Shown: positions 1 through 14,095, numbered from the stretch's first letter. The stretch: DNA of 64,000 nucleotides from Eledone cirrhosa (GCA_964016885.1 OZ024743.1:311674001-311738000); one strand, 5' to 3'. Notes: generated from the letters alone by a model not told the origin. Program-made: numbers and translations.

Positions 1-13
1 GAGTGGCTAACAG

Positions 14-124
14 GAAAACGTTCAGGACACCGACGGCAGAGCTCAAGCCGTTTCTATGGCTATTTCTGTAATCCAGAAATAGCCGTCGAAACGGCTTGAG
101 CTCTGCCGTCGGAGTCCTGAACAT

Positions 125-128
<4 letters not shown>
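14..128. mobile_element. Fold-back palindrome, PLE-terminal family E (3' half of hammerhead)
   Basis: ~55-bp arms around TAATC (69-73); right arm GAAA-CGGC-loop-GCCG-TC (88-110); related copies at 28624, 30354, 47806, 61978. Confidence 0.8.
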
Positions 129-172
<44 letters not shown>

Positions 173-178
<6 letters not shown>

Positions 179-437
179 AGATAAGCAGAACAAGTAAAAT
201 TCAACTAATTTTTCAAAATAAATCAAAATTAATATACAATTAAAATTAATCAAAATTAAAAAATATAATATAAATATTTACCTATTCAAATGGCCCTAAC
301 TGTACAGTTTCACGGTGCAAAACATTAAATATCACCAGGATATTAATGGAAAAGCAACGATCAATTTTAATTGTATATTAATTTTGATTTATTTTGAAAA
401 ATTAGTTGAATTTTACTTGTTCTGCTTATCTTGATAT
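173..437. repeat. Inverted repeat (~75-bp arms) enclosing a partial hammerhead on the minus strand
   Basis: 173-247 is the reverse complement of 363-437; spacer reads GAAACTGTACAGTT on minus. Confidence 0.7.
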
Positions 438-634
438 TATGTTCTGGTATATCAAATTATTACCATAGAACCACCTTAAATCATAGACACACTATATATT
501 TCCGGGGGTACATTGTACCCTCAGATATATATATAAATATATATATATATGTATATATATATAAAAACAAATAACGAAACGAAATTAAATTTCGTTTCGC
601 TTCTAACTCACTTTTGTATGACTGACGCTTAAAC

Positions 635-868
635 AATTAAGTTAAAGTGTACATCTACATATGTATACGGAAGTATTAGTATGCATATAAATACACACAT
701 GTATACATATGTACATGTACTCAGCTTTTCACTAGACACTTTACAGCTGACACTCACTGTAAAGTGTCTAGTGAAAAGCTGAGTACATGTACATATGTAT
801 ACATGTGTGTATTTATATGCATACTAATACTTCCGTATACATATGTAGATGTACACTTTAACTTAATT
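635..868. repeat. Fold-back palindrome (~110-bp arms)
   Basis: Arms reverse-complementary around CTGACACTCA (~748-757). Confidence 0.9.
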
Positions 869-925
869 ATATATTATATATATATATAATTAAGTTAAAG
901 TGTACACCGATTTAACTCACTCAAT

Positions 926-1000
926 ATGCAAATTAGGCTGCTCAGCCGTTAATTTTCATAAGGAAAGTATATACTTTCGAACGTTCAACTATCTGGCAGA
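926..1000 (+). promoter_or_regulatory. Putative octamer-TATA-initiator module, family A
   Basis: ATGCAAAT 926-933, TATATA 968-973, GC-A-G with A at 998; same spacing in three other copies. Confidence 0.5.
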
Positions 1001-1006
1001 TGGGTA

Positions 1007-1051
1007 AACGGTGCTGATGATAGCTAACAAGCTTGAAACTAGTACATCGTT
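1007..1051 (+). ncRNA. Minimal type I hammerhead ribozyme, family A
   Basis: ACGGTG-CTGATGA-T-AGCT-AACA-AGCT-T-GAAA-CTAG-TA-CATCGT. Confidence 0.88.
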
Positions 1052-1287
1052 CCTGTGTCAGTGTTGAACAAAAAGGTGACGTGGTTGCCTTAACACCGTA
1101 TGGCATAAATTCAGGCTGTTCAGTTTGTTTACAAACGAACAAAGCGACGTTAGCGCCGCTAAACTGATACGTGCATATATGTATGTGTACCTGTATGCAT
1201 ATGTATATATATATGTATATATATATATATATGTGCATGCTACTGTACGTCTGTATACATATATGTATGTACGTATACATGCATACT

Positions 1288-1404
<117 letters not shown>

Positions 1405-1405
1405 T

Positions 1406-1496
<91 letters not shown>

Positions 1497-1599
1497 ATAC
1501 ATATATATATATATATATATATCATTCCTTACACATTAAATATCTTAATTTAGTTTTGCACTGCACAATATACCTTATGTAGTAATATTCTAAGTTACC

Positions 1600-1960
1600 C
1601 GCGGGCTTGATTTAGTGGTTAAGAAGTTTACGTTGCAATCATGAGGTTGTGGGTTCGACCCCACTGCATGGTATCTTGGGCAAGTATCTTCGGCTCAAGT
1701 ATTGAGTGGAATTGCGTAAACGGATATTGTGTTTGAGCCCGTCAGGTGGTTTGTACCTGTAATTTAATGATTCAACCTTGTCAGACATTGTATCACACAT
1801 TGTGCCACACATTATGTCACGCCACTGATTCATCTTGGGGATTAGGTTAATGAGGCACGTGTCAGTGGAACAGTGAGCCGCTAACAAATTAATTCATCGA
1901 ATAACTGAATGTTCATCGTTGAAACCGACAGAGGATCCATCGCCAACATGTTAAAATACA
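1600..1960 (+). mobile_element. Degenerate tRNA-derived SINE
   Basis: TAGTGGTTAAG A-box and GGTTCGACCC B-box followed by CTTGGGCAAG. Confidence 0.6.
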
Positions 1961-3214
1961 TAAACTAGCAAGGATTAATATATTACATCATAATGAAATG
2001 GAATGGTCTTCCATTGGTTTCGACGATGAATGTTCAAGTACGACCAATGGAACAGTCTGCTCTTTACATTAATGTGCAAGTGGTTGAGTATCTCATAGAC
2101 ACATAATTCTCAAGACGAATTAGTGTGATAAGCCTGGGCCTTTGATTTACGGGTACAATTTCTCTAACGGTCTTTTATACAGTTTCCGTCTACACAGTTT
2201 CACTTACGATGCTTGTGTCGTCCTGTAGCTATAATAAAGACACTTTCCCGGCATACATTGGAATCAAACTCTGAACCTCAATACCTGTCCACAATACTTA
2301 CAATAGTGTATACAATGAAAAGATGTTAATCTAACAGAAGTTTATGTATACAATTCGATTTCTTTACAGAATATTTTTCTAAATGTACACTTGCAGGGAG
2401 AGTGTGTTTTCTTTCTGATTATATCAGAATTTTCATATATTTCATATGAAGTCGTATCTTTAGCATTTTTGCTTGGATTTTTGCTTGGATGACACGAGGG
2501 CATTTATATCAAATTCTGGCAGCAATTCTATAGTAAAAGATAAATTTATGAAAGCAATAGACCAATATTATGTTATTAATCTCATATGCCCTCTGAGATT
2601 TGAACTAAAATAAATCGAAAGTAGTTTGTATTTTTCTTTGACTTGAGATAACGTTTAGTATTTACTAATACACAAATGGGTCAAATGTTAATGCATTGTA
2701 CATTAGCAAAGTAAGGCAGAATCATTAGAAAGTCAAATAAAATACTTTGTGGTATTCGTTCCGACGTCTTGCGCTCTGAGTTCAAATTACGTCCAGCCAA
2801 CTTTGCCTTTCATCCTTTCATGGTCAATAAATGAAATACAAGTTAAGTACTGGGGTAGGTTCTTCCTTTCGACCTGAAAAGCAACAAGTTCTGCTAGGTT
2901 TAAAAAGTCCAAGACACGTCATGTGTCAGATGAGCACCCCTACGCATCCATTAACAGTTGAGTGTCCTTAATAAGAATACAATACAACCTAGTCCAGGAA
3001 TCGAACCCTTGACGTTATGATCGTAAGGCCAACACCCTTACCACATGACCGCGCGCCTCCACTGATTGGACTGAATCAACGTTAAATACCGTCTTCGTCA
3101 AAGGCTTCAACACACCAGCCGAAATCGAACATCCTAACCACGAAGTCACCTTTAGATAATATCCAGTAAAATTAAATAATAGACAGACAACTAATAGAAA
3201 AAAAAATCAAAAGT

Positions 3215-3430
3215 AATGGTTTCTGATTTAGGCACAACGCTAAGAATTTGGTGGAGAGGGGAAAGTCGATTAAATTGATCCCAGTGAGTTACTGATACTT
3301 TAAATTACTGACCCCTTAAGGATGAGAGGCAAAGCTAAGCACGGCAGGATTTGAACTCAGAATGTAAAGTGACGTAAATCTATGTCGCAAAGCATGTTGT
3401 CCGACGCTCTACCGACACCGCCAATCAACC
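3215..3430 (-). mobile_element. tRNA-derived SINE
   Basis: Minus-strand GAGTTCAAATCC B-box and GCCT(T/C)TCATCC body shared with other copies. Confidence 0.7.
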
Positions 3431-3546
3431 CCAGATATGTTTGTGTGTGTGTATGTTCGTGCGAGCGCGCGCTTAGTTATATGTGTATATGTGCGCATAA
3501 ACAAGGAGACATACAAAATCGAAAATATTAGAGCTGAATATATAAT

Positions 3547-3734
3547 TGTTTCTACTTTTGGCACAAGGCCAGCAATTACCCAGTGCATTACTGGTACTTT
3601 ATTTGATCGACCCCGTAAGGATGAAAGGCAAAGTTAACCTCAGCGGAATTTGAACTCAGACCGCAAAAGGCCGTAACTCCACACTGCAAATCATGGCACC
3701 CGACCCTCTACCGATACTGCTAATCCAACGCTAT
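3547..3734 (-). mobile_element. tRNA-derived SINE with 12-bp target-site duplication
   Basis: TGAATATATAAT at 3535-3546 and 3735-3746; similar to the 31252 copy. Confidence 0.85.
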
Positions 3735-4221
3735 TGAATATATAATACCGAAAATCTAGAGTGAATTGGGATTTTGATAACAGGAACAAAAATAGACGAA
3801 GAAACTGTTTTGACTATTTTGAAAAATACAGCTCAGGTGTATATTATGATTTCCACACTTATTAACTGTAGAAAATATGAATAAATTTGTGTGGGTATGT
3901 ATGGTTGTATGTGTTTGTGAACATTCGTGCATACGCGTATGTGTGCCTGTATATGTACACATATACACATGCTTAAACACTCGAACACACATACATTTAC
4001 ATACTGACATAAAATTATATATATATATATATATATATAGGTAGATAAATGTGTGTGTGTATATGTATGTGTGTCCATATTCGTGTGCGCATATACATGT
4101 GTTTGAATACACGCATACATTTACATACACATGTAATATATATATATTTATATATATGTGAAGTAATTTCGTCGGAAAGGTACAGGAAAAAAGATTGCTC
4201 TATGTAGGCTACAGAGCTTAT

Positions 4222-4476
4222 TAGTTATGTAATAAACAACATAAGATAATTATTTCATTTACTAGTGGTTTCTTGAAAGCAGATATTGTATCTGTTTTCA
4301 GTTGTCAGAATGAATAAAAAACATGGTGTTTTTATTAAATATGGATTTCAAATCCATATTTAATAAAAACACCATGTTTTTTATTCATTCTGACGACTGA
4401 AAACAGATACAATATCTGCTTTCAAGAAACCACTAGTAAATGAAATAATTATCTTATGTTGTTTATTACATAACTA
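4222..4476. mobile_element. Fold-back palindrome with a hammerhead in each arm
   Basis: 127-bp arms around the C at 4349. Confidence 0.9.
4384..4444 (+). ncRNA. Type I hammerhead ribozyme
   Basis: TTCATT-CTGACGA-long stem II-GAAAC-CACTA-GTA-AATGAA; mirror copy at 4254-4314 has CTGACAA. Confidence 0.75.
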
Positions 4477-4486
4477 TATATATATA

Positions 4487-5241
4487 CTAGCTGAGGTACC
4501 CGGTAATACCCGGGAGCTTGGGTATTCCCAGTTCCCATTAAAATGTCCAATGCCTCTCAGACTAAAAATAAATGAAACCAGAGAATATTAAGTTGATTTA
4601 TGGAGAACATTTTAAGCTCACAACAGCTGAAGCCAAATTTCGTTCATCAGTTAAACAAAAATCATCTTACGCTTTACTCGAGTGGTCTGGATAACTTTCC
4701 TTAGCAACAAGCCATCCTTAGCACATAATCTATCTGTGTTTCAAGTTGGAAGGAAATTGGTTGAGAGCTTTAAATGTTATGGCAGAAAATAACATTCATA
4801 TGAGCATTTTGCATACAAATTTCCTATTCATATTTTTAAAAATCGATGCAGACAGGAAATTATCGATTTTTTTAACTTCAAAGTAGGTAAGTAATCAAAT
4901 GGGCTTGAGCCCCACACACGTGTCAAGTTTCATCAACATCGGTTTGGTAGTTTCACAAACAAATCCACAAACAAACACACGCACAGACAGAAATTGCCAT
5001 TAGGGTGTCTTAATATTATTGAAATTTGCTGAAATTGTGTGAATAGACATCATATCTTGTCATTTACATATGGTTTAAATTTCATATAAATCTAAGGGAA
5101 AACATTTTTAGCGGGATTTTCAGCGGGGGTTTGAGCCCGCGGGGAACCCTTTGATTAAAATGAAATATACGTAAGAAATCAAATGGGCATGAGAGCCACA
5201 CGCGTGTCAAACAGACAGAAATTGACATTTATGTATATAGA
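4487..5241 (-). mobile_element. Non-autonomous Helitron
   Basis: Minus strand starts TCTATATAC and ends with a CCCGG hairpin and CTAG; shares internal sequence with 27390-28034. Confidence 0.75.
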
Positions 5242-5389
5242 TATTTATATACAAACGCGAACGCACATCAAACACTATACACACACGCAAACGCATGCGC
5301 AGAGAAGAAGACAAAAATAATTAAATAAATAAACAGATTAAATAAAGATGGCGTAGACATACAATACAACAGGAGGAAACATAATAGCA

Positions 5390-5429
5390 CCACTGACGAT
5401 GTTGCAGATGTGCAACGAAAGAACTTTGT
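5390..5429 (+). ncRNA. Minimal hammerhead, family D
   Basis: CTGACGA-T-GTTGCA-GATG-TGCAAC-GAAA-GAAC-TT; host island ~5330-5620 resembles 55375-55590 and 62132-62963. Confidence 0.7.
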
Positions 5430-5667
5430 TAGACTACGTGTCTATATTATATCTGTATTTTTGACCGTTGGTCAGTCAATGGTAAACATTGAGGACCAAA
5501 TAAATTAACTGATATGAAAGATACAGAAGCGAAAACCAACCAAACAGTGAGTGCGTTCTGTTATTAATTCTGGCAATATTATTACAACAATATGACCCTC
5601 CCCAAGTATAACGATATTTATATGTATATTTATATATGTATATATATTTTATTTATATATATATATA

Positions 5668-7085
5668 CTAGCAGAATGGCCCGGCGTTGCTCGGGCTTCT
5701 AAACATAGATTGGCATGTTTATTCCTCTTTTCTGAAACAGTACAGAGAAGTACAGAATACCTCGGCCGGGGGATGGTGTCTACATTTTGTGCTTAGGCAA
5801 ATAAGTTTTCATTAAGATTTTTCAAAAGCATGTAATTGCGTTCCCTCTCTTTTTTTGTTGTTGTTTTTGCTGCTGTTGGTGTGATAGCAGCCGTTGGTCG
5901 TACCACTAACACACTCTCGTCCTTCTTCAGCCAATCTTCCTCGCCTACCTAAACAATGATTGTAGCACTTCCTTGTACACAATGTTCCTTGTTCTTCCGT
6001 GCCGGACATATGCAAAGAGATTTGTCTTGCTTCTCACTCTTGAGCAGCCAACGTATAGTTGCCCGTGTGAAAAACATGATTCTTCCAAAAGAAGACCAAC
6101 AACAACTAGGGTCTGACCCTGGGATTTGTTGATAGTCATTGCAAAGCTGACATGATTCGTTGGTTGTCTGTTTCAAGTGCTCTTCTGGTGGCAGTACATT
6201 CAGCATCTTGCGACTGTCGAATAGCAGATTCCATTGACAATGCGTTTGCCCGCCTTGTTCTTTTTCTTGCCGCTTTCGCAGTATTCCGGCCAATGGAGTA
6301 TCTCTTCTTTCGAGGCATGACCTAAAAGCAGGACGAAGTACACTAAGACTAACTGGTAGAGTAAGGAGTAAACTCGTCAGTGATGCATGTGATTTCCGAA
6401 CCGTTGACTACGCAATTGCTGACCTTGTGCCAAAAGTAGTGGGACTTTTGGGGTGGAATATCGGCAGTAACAATGACGATAAGCCGTCTGTGCTTTCGTG
6501 ATATAATTACGTTTGTTTATATTTTGTTTTTGTGTATGCAAAAATATCTGTACACGAATATATAATTATATATATATATTAAAATAACATATTAAAGTTT
6601 AAGCAAAGAATCGCTGCTTTCACCCTTAACGGAATCTTCTGAAACTAAAAATATCAATCTGTGAACGCAGAAATAACTATTTCGAAAAACGTTGCAACCG
6701 AAGGAAAACAAGAAGGCAATACTTTGGTTCGTGAAGACGTTCCCTGGCAATGAACGGAAAATAGCGAAGATAATACGTCAGCAATGAGAACGGTATTTGT
6801 CATTATGTCGTAATGCCAGACATACAGACGTATATTATAAGGGCACGACGTTATAGCTATGTATCTATCTAAAAAGACAGTCTAAGAAAGAGAGAGAGAT
6901 CGTTAACCGGCGCCTAACAGCCCTTTTACAACAGAAAATTGAAAAATAAAAGCTGCAGTTAATATCTTTAGACCGCAAGGAATATATAAATGCAAGTTTG
7001 AAGTCAATCGGAGTAGAAATCTGGATTTGTATAGACTTTGCAAAAATGAGAACACACACAGACAATTTCAGTTTTGTATGTATGT
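5668..7085 (-). mobile_element. Internally deleted Helitron
   Basis: CTAG plus CCCGGCGTTGCTCGGG hairpin end at 5668; PIF1 helicase fragment inside; 5' boundary approximate. Confidence 0.8.
5945..6318 (-). pseudogene. Helitron Rep/Hel N-terminus joined to PIF1 helicase C-terminus
   Basis: MTINKSQGQTL...FSHGQLYVGCSRV (PIF1 motifs V-VI) directly after MPRKKRYSIGRNT. Confidence 0.85.
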
Positions 7086-7199
7086 TCTTCTGGTTTTATA
7101 ATTTCACAACGTTTTACCAATAGAGAGAGAGTCGGTTTCTAACATAGACACAAGACTCTCTCATTGGAATTTACACAACATCAACTAGGTAGATATGTA

Positions 7200-10100
7200 T
7201 GTATGCATGCATGTGTAGATATGGATGTTATTGTATGTGTGGATGTGTATGTTTTGCGTTGTATGGGTGCATGTGTATATGATTTGCATCTGTACATGTG
7301 TATATGCAGTTATTAGATGCAACATTTTTGGAATGTTTTACTGTTCCATTAATGGATTGTACTTGTAATTTCCTAACTAGTTGTGTTCTTTCAGTTCCTG
7401 TGAAGCCAAGCTTCTCAAGATTTGTATTGAGGCAGTTACTAACATACCCCAGTGCCCCAATAATCACAGGCATAAATCTGAGGGTGTAATCAGGGTGGAG
7501 AATCTGCAGATTGCTCATCAGTTCTGCATAAATATTCTCCTTTTCACTAATCTTTGATATTAATAGGCATCTGCTGGGCAGCTAATTTCCACTACTGTGC
7601 ATGCTTTCTTCTCCCTGTCCCATATCATAATATCTGGTCTGTTATGCTTGCATTTTATTGGGGTTTTTACTGGAACATTCCACCAATACTCTTTCATATT
7701 ATGTACATGGATGTCTTCCACATTGCTGTAGCTTTTAATGTGTTTATTATCGAGGCTATCTTTTTTACGAACTGCATTATACAGTGTTTTGGCCACTACA
7801 TCATGCCTCAGAGGTAGATAGTACCGCGATGACATCTATGGACAGCTGCTGACGACATGGGTGATATCCTCGATGTTAGTTCTGCAGAGTCTGCACTTGT
7901 TATCACATCTAGGTGTTTTGCCTGCATCCCTATCTCTTTTGTGAATCAGGTATTTCGTGTTAATCTCCTGTTCTTGGATTGCCAAAGCGCATCCTTCAAA
8001 TTGGGAGCCAATATAGCGGTTGTTGGTCCAAGATATACTACTTTCCTTATTTATATTACTCTCACTCTGGAGCTTCCTGGCAACATATCCATGCATGATT
8101 TTTTGCTGATAAGTATGCAGTTTTTTATCCATGGATTCACTGCGATACTGCTGAGCGACTTCCCTGGGTGAGAGTTTTTGATTATCACACAGGGAATATC
8201 TCTTGAAGGTTAAATGACATGATGAATAATATCACAGAGAGACTGTTTCCCTGAAATATACCCCTGCAATATTTTATTTTATCAGTGAAAATAGAGTCCT
8301 CCCTCTCTGTCTTTAACCTTAGGATAGTAGCCCAAGAAGAAGACAACCTCTATATGGCTCTGACAATAATGTCTGGGACTTTAGCAAGTTGGAGGGCCTC
8401 TATCATACAAGAGTGGGGAACAGAATCGGAAGCTTTCCTGTAGTCCAGCCAGACTGTAGCCATATTCCTCCTAAGTTGTCGCACCTTCAACATCGCAGTT
8501 TTGTTGATTAGGAGTTGTTCAGCACATCCCCAAACCCCTTTCTTTCCAGCTGCTTGTTCATCTGTAGTGATGTTATTATTTTCACAGTGATCTTGGAGTA
8601 ATAGGTTCAGGCAGGCTGTATATATCTTATACATCAAGTTCTGGCATGCAATGGGTCGGTAGTTTTTTGCCAAGTGGGTGTCTTTGTTCTTGGGGACCAG
8701 TAATGTTTGTGCTAATGTCAACCATTCTGGTATAAGTCTATCTCCCTTAAGAACTTGTTGGTAGAGGTCAGTAAGATACCTCCGATAGAATATCAGTTTT
8801 TTGTACCAGTAGCCGACAATCATGTCTCTTCCTGGTGTTTTCTTATCTTGGAGTTTTCCTATCACAGTCTCAAGGGTACCCTCACTTATTTCGTATGTTT
8901 TTGTTGTAGTGTAGGAGCAATAGTTCTTTCGGATTTCTCTTAACCACACTGCATCTTGGTTGAAATTCTTCTTTTCACCCTATATTTTGCTCCGAAAGGA
9001 ATCTATGTCTTTCTGGGATGGGACCTCAGTGACACTTATTATTTTGCCCTTTATATCTCTACCAACTGATGTTTGGTTTCGTCTGAATCTTTTATTAAGC
9101 ACTTTTCTCTCATCTACCTTCTTCAAGTATCGGCGTTTTTCGCTAACAGCTCTCAATTCTTGTTTGAGGGTGATCAGCTTATATTGGAGAGTTCTGGTTC
9201 TACTGTTACCAAACATCGTCTCTATTTTATTTTTCACTCTTTGTTGGTGAGGAGTGAGGTTTTTTTGTGTTTGTTTGCATGTAAGGAGCATTGTCACATA
9301 TCCTATGTTTTTTCGTAGGTCAGCAATCTTTTTTCCTATTTTAGTTATATATGATGGTATTTTTGGTGGTGTTCTGTTCTTGTTAATATTTCTGCTATCA
9401 CCAAGATAATGCTTCACTGTCGTAGCTAAGGCATATAAACAGGCGTTGATTTGCCAAAATGTTGGGGTTTTTATCCGTCGTAAATATTCATCCCCTATTT
9501 CGTCAAGAACACGTAATATTTCATTATTTGGGTTTTTATTAAATATTGTTGTCTTAATACGTTCAGCAAGAGAGATATTTATACATCAATTAATTTCTCT
9601 CTGGAAGATTTCGTTGAGGGAAAATTTCAATTGTTTATACTTTTGATTATTATCATTATCGATAGTATTTTCTACAACAGTCGAGGTAGACTCGGACGGT
9701 ACACGTGGTGTCAAATTTCTTCGATTATTATTATTATCGATAGTATTTTCCTCAGCATTCGAGGTAGATTTAGATGGTAGAGGTGGTGTCAAGTTTCTTA
9801 CAGGCATAGTTGTTTCAAGGCACTGTTTGACCTGGCTGCTTGGAAGTCTAGTAGCATGGCGACCTGTAGCACGTGTTGTTGATCACATGTTTGTTGTGGG
9901 GGACTTACAATTAATAATATTTATCTTATTTTTACGTTCAACAAACATCGCTTGTTGGCGTAATTGTTTCACTGTGAAATAATTTAGCTCTGAGTGTATT
10001 TCGTCCCAGTGTAGCTTCATTCTGTTCATATAGCCAATGGAGGGGTTGTTTTTTGCCATTTTATAACAATTAAATAAATCATTATTAAGTTCGCAACTCC

Positions 10101-10310
10101 AAGAGAAATGCGATTTATAATTTCGGTTTCTTCTGTAGCTACAACTGAATAAAGTTTGTTAACCTTCCTTATTATTTGTCTTCGGTACTTCCTTAATTTT
10201 GTTGTTGATGTTGTGTTCAGCCATGCTGTTTGTAGCAAATCCTTGTAAAACGAATTATGTATTTAGTCGGATATCTCTACGAATTCTAATGAAAGGTGTC
10301 TTCAGAAGAT
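7200..10310 (-). mobile_element. R4/Dong-type non-LTR retrotransposon, decayed
   Basis: RT motifs NYRPIAC and WLDYRKASDSVPH; CCHC CRLC..H..SSC; RHD and NRPDI..VVEISCP restriction-like endonuclease; part of RT core deleted near 8170-8220. Confidence 0.9.
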
Positions 10311-10357
10311 ATAGTTAGAAGAATAACCAGTTATTCAAGATGCGACTGATCGCGCAC

Positions 10358-10452
<95 letters not shown>

Positions 10453-10464
10453 GTGTGTGTGCGT

Positions 10465-10512
<48 letters not shown>

Positions 10513-10519
10513 TTCAATC

Positions 10520-11231
10520 AGGAGTTTTGCATAACTCACCTCATCCACCACCACTCTTGTTCCCTCACACACAACACACATTGTTGTTACTCGATCACCG
10601 AATCTACCTCTCTCAGAAGCCAATCGCTCCCTTCTCGGTAGTGGTTTACGCCTTCGCACCCATCACATCCACCTGCGACAAATTAGTTCTATTGTACACT
10701 GTCTTCATCGGCTTATTCTGACTACTTCACAAACCTCAGCAACCGACCATCACACTGGACGCCGGGCCCTAGCCACTTCTGTGGCCTTGACTCCTTCGCG
10801 TATTGAATCTCTTCAATTTCGGTAATCATTCTCAACGTACCAACATCCCCCGAGCTGGGCTCTTCGCTCTCCACAGCCTCCGTAGTCGCAATGACATCAT
10901 CTTTATACCTACCAATAAATGTGATGCTGTGGTAGTCACTCCACCAACTTCGCAATCCCCACTTTTACTGCCTTTTATCGTTTATCTTCTGACCCCACGG
11001 CACCCTACCAACAGCTCGTATCCCACACCATACGCCTACTTATCTCATCCTCTCTCCTCCCAAGATACACAAACCTAACAACCCTGGCCGTCCAATAGTC
11101 TCCACCTGCAACTGTTATATATTGATAATATTCTTGCAACTCTAGTCACTGCCTCACCCCATTCATAATATTCACCATGACCTGCAACTTTTCCACTCTT
11201 CTTCTTCTCTCCTGGTCCATCTCACCTCTTT

Positions 11232-11297
<66 letters not shown>

Positions 11298-11567
11298 ACT
11301 GTGATCCCATGTTGGGCTCCATCCTCTCCAAACATTTCTAGATCTACGCCTCACACATCTGCCCAACACTTTCACACTCATCCACGTTGTTGAACTCTTT
11401 CTCATACTGAACTATATGTTCTTTCTCTTCTGGTGTATTCTACTTGCAGGTCACTAGGTGATCACAAGAACTAGAATGGGACCCCATTTAACCATATTGT
11501 TCGTTGGCTACCTTGAGACCTTAATTTTCTCCCAATACACTGGATCCACTCTCTCTCTCTTTTTCTT

Positions 11568-11609
<42 letters not shown>

Positions 11610-11627
11610 ACTCTCTCTCTCTGTCTG

Positions 11628-11659
<32 letters not shown>

Positions 11660-11661
11660 TT

Positions 11662-11697
<36 letters not shown>

Positions 11698-12060
11698 TGT
11701 ATATACAAATATATATATCAACCAGTTTCACCGTACCCTCTTAATTTCCAATTTCTACAAGCCCACTGACTCCCACTCTTATCTCGATCTCACCTCCTCC
11801 CATCTCACCTCCTCCCATCTCACCCACACCAAGCATTCCACGCTCTACTCCCAATTCCTCCGTTTCATTCTGTTCAGCATACAAGACATTGATTTTGTGA
11901 CTCAGTCTCAACACAGCCTCTCTCGCTTATTCCGCCGTAGATACCTTGCTACAACCAACACCACCATCAATAACAACATCTTTATCCAACCAACCCTCAA
12001 CTGTGCCCGTGAAGTTGACCACATCTCAGCCATCTCACATACGATTGTTTCCTTGGTCCG
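10520..12060 (+). mobile_element. Highly decayed Neptune-type PLE
   Basis: PGRPIVSTCNC, TRMGP, YKPTDSHSYLD remnants; related to the 57122-58680 element. Confidence 0.75.
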
Positions 12061-12132
12061 ATTTGACGAGTTCCACCGCAGAGTGTGTGTATGTGTGTGT
12101 GTGTGTGTGTCAACCCGGTAACAGAATAACGA

Positions 12133-12907
12133 AATATATTATTCCAGTCTCCACCAATACACAGGAATGAAGGAATATATTATTCCAGCCTCCACCAATA
12201 CACAGGAATGAAGGAATATATTATTCCAGCCTCCACCAATACACAGGAATGAAGGAATATATTATTCCAGCCTCCACCAATACACAGAAATAAAGGAATA
12301 TATTATTCCAGCCTCCACCAATACACAGAAATAAAGGAATATATTATTCCAACCTCCACCAATACACAGGAATGAAGGAATATATTATTCCAGCCTCCAC
12401 CAATACACAGAAATAAAAGAATATATTATTCCAGCCTCCACCAATACACAGGAATGAAGGAATATATTATTCCAGCCTCCACCAATACACAGGAATGAAG
12501 GAATATATTATTCCAGCCTCCACCAATACACAGGAATGAAGGAATATATTATTCCAGCCTCCACCAATACACAGGAATGAAGGAATATATTATTCCAGCC
12601 TCCACCAATACACAGGAATGAAGGAATATATTATTCCAGCCTCCACCAATACACAGAAATAAAGGAATATATTATTCCAGCCTCCACCAATACACAGAAA
12701 TAAAGGAATATATTATTCCAACCTCCACCAATACACAGGAATGAAGGAATATATTATTCCAGCCTCCACCAATACACAGGAATGAAGGAATATATTATTC
12801 CAGCCTCCACCAATACACAGGAATGAAGGAATATATTATTCCAGCCTCCACCAATACACAGGAATGAAGGAATATATTATTCCAGCCTCCACCAATACAC
12901 AGGAATA
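12133..12907. repeat. 41-bp minisatellite, ~19 copies
   Basis: Unit AGGAATATATTATTCCAGCCTCCACCAATACACAGGAATGA; CCACC recurs every 41 bp from 12151 to 12889. Confidence 0.95.
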
Positions 12908-14095
12908 AATTTACTAATGAATACATGTTTATTTTCAATATAGAAATAATAAAAAAGAAGGGGGAAAGAAAAGAAAAGAAAGAATAGGGAAATATAGAAA
13001 GAAAAAAAAGGAGAGAACGAAAGAAGAAAAAGAACGGGAAGGGGGAGGGGATGGAAAGAGCTCTGGTGTCGCAGAAGAGAGGGGGTGAATGGGGGGTGAT
13101 TGGCTTTGGGCCTAGGGCAAGAGGGCAGAAGTTCTGTGCCCGCTGACATGACGGCAAAAGTATTTCCTCGGACTATGGCCAGTGACACCCGCTGCAACAG
13201 CCACCCAATCTGATGGGGCTCCCTCCTCAGATGGGCCGCCGATGCTCCGATCTTGCGGGGGAGATCGGCAGTACGGGGTCCAAGTACGCCTGAGGTCTCA
13301 ACGGCGACCGGTGCGAACAGGAAGAGGCCGGACAAACCCCGGTATTTGTTTATTTTCCGTTCTTCTCCAAGGCGGGCCGCGATGCCGGGGTTTGTGGCGG
13401 AGACGGTGTCGCAGTAGGTGGCGACCCAATTGAGGGATCTACCTCAATGGAAAGAGGGTGATTCCGTCGGGGCGCTTGCCATCTCCTCAGTCTAGGGCTG
13501 CTGGCTCCAGTTGAGATAGAAAGCCAGCTGCGTCCAGGCTTCTTCTTAATATGTCGTTGAGAGCGGCGTGTCGGGGGAACCAACCTGCGCTCTGGCGGCA
13601 AGACAGAGGGTGTAGGCCGAACTTGTCAACAACCGCCCCCAGTGGCATTTATGTGACTCACATACGCGGAGGCCAAGGCGTTGGTCTACTCCGATACGAG
13701 TGCACTCATCATCAAGAAGGGTACCGGTTGATGAGGAGGGCACCGAATTGAGCCACGCGCCGTTGTTGGGCTGAGAAGCGGAGCGGAGGCAGGCGAGGCG
13801 GTGTTGGTCCAAGCTAGACTCGATCCGCCTCACAGAGGACCTGCAATTGATGTCATTCCAGTTACGTTGGACCGTGGTATACTGGGGGTTAGAGAGGCCA
13901 GAGCCTGTTCCATCTCAGGGGCAGGTCAGGTTCGGCCGTCTGGCCTAGAACCTCGCTGACGAGGGCGCGACAGGAAGAGATAGAGGAGATGTAGGCGGGT
14001 AAAGCTAGATCCGAAGCTGATGGGAGGCCGAGGCTACCGAACCACGCTGGGAGTGTTGCCTGTTCCCAGCCTGCGCTGTCGAAACTGACGAAATT
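12908..14095 (-). mobile_element. CRE-clade non-LTR retrotransposon 3' fragment
   Basis: WEQATLP..GSLG, GAWLNSVP, FAPVAVETSGVLG and LQRVSLAIVRGN motifs, frameshifted; pyrimidine-rich 3' UTR with AATAAA. Confidence 0.8.

Noticed and set aside
758-790. GAAAAGCTG as a hammerhead 3' half in the 635-868 palindrome
   Set aside because: Position fits the stem II fold-back pattern, but G at the cleavage position is non-canonical; not counted as evidence.
12133-12907. CRISPR-like regular repeat with internal palindrome
   Set aside because: Units are contiguous with no unique spacers, there are no cas genes, and the context is eukaryotic TE sequence.
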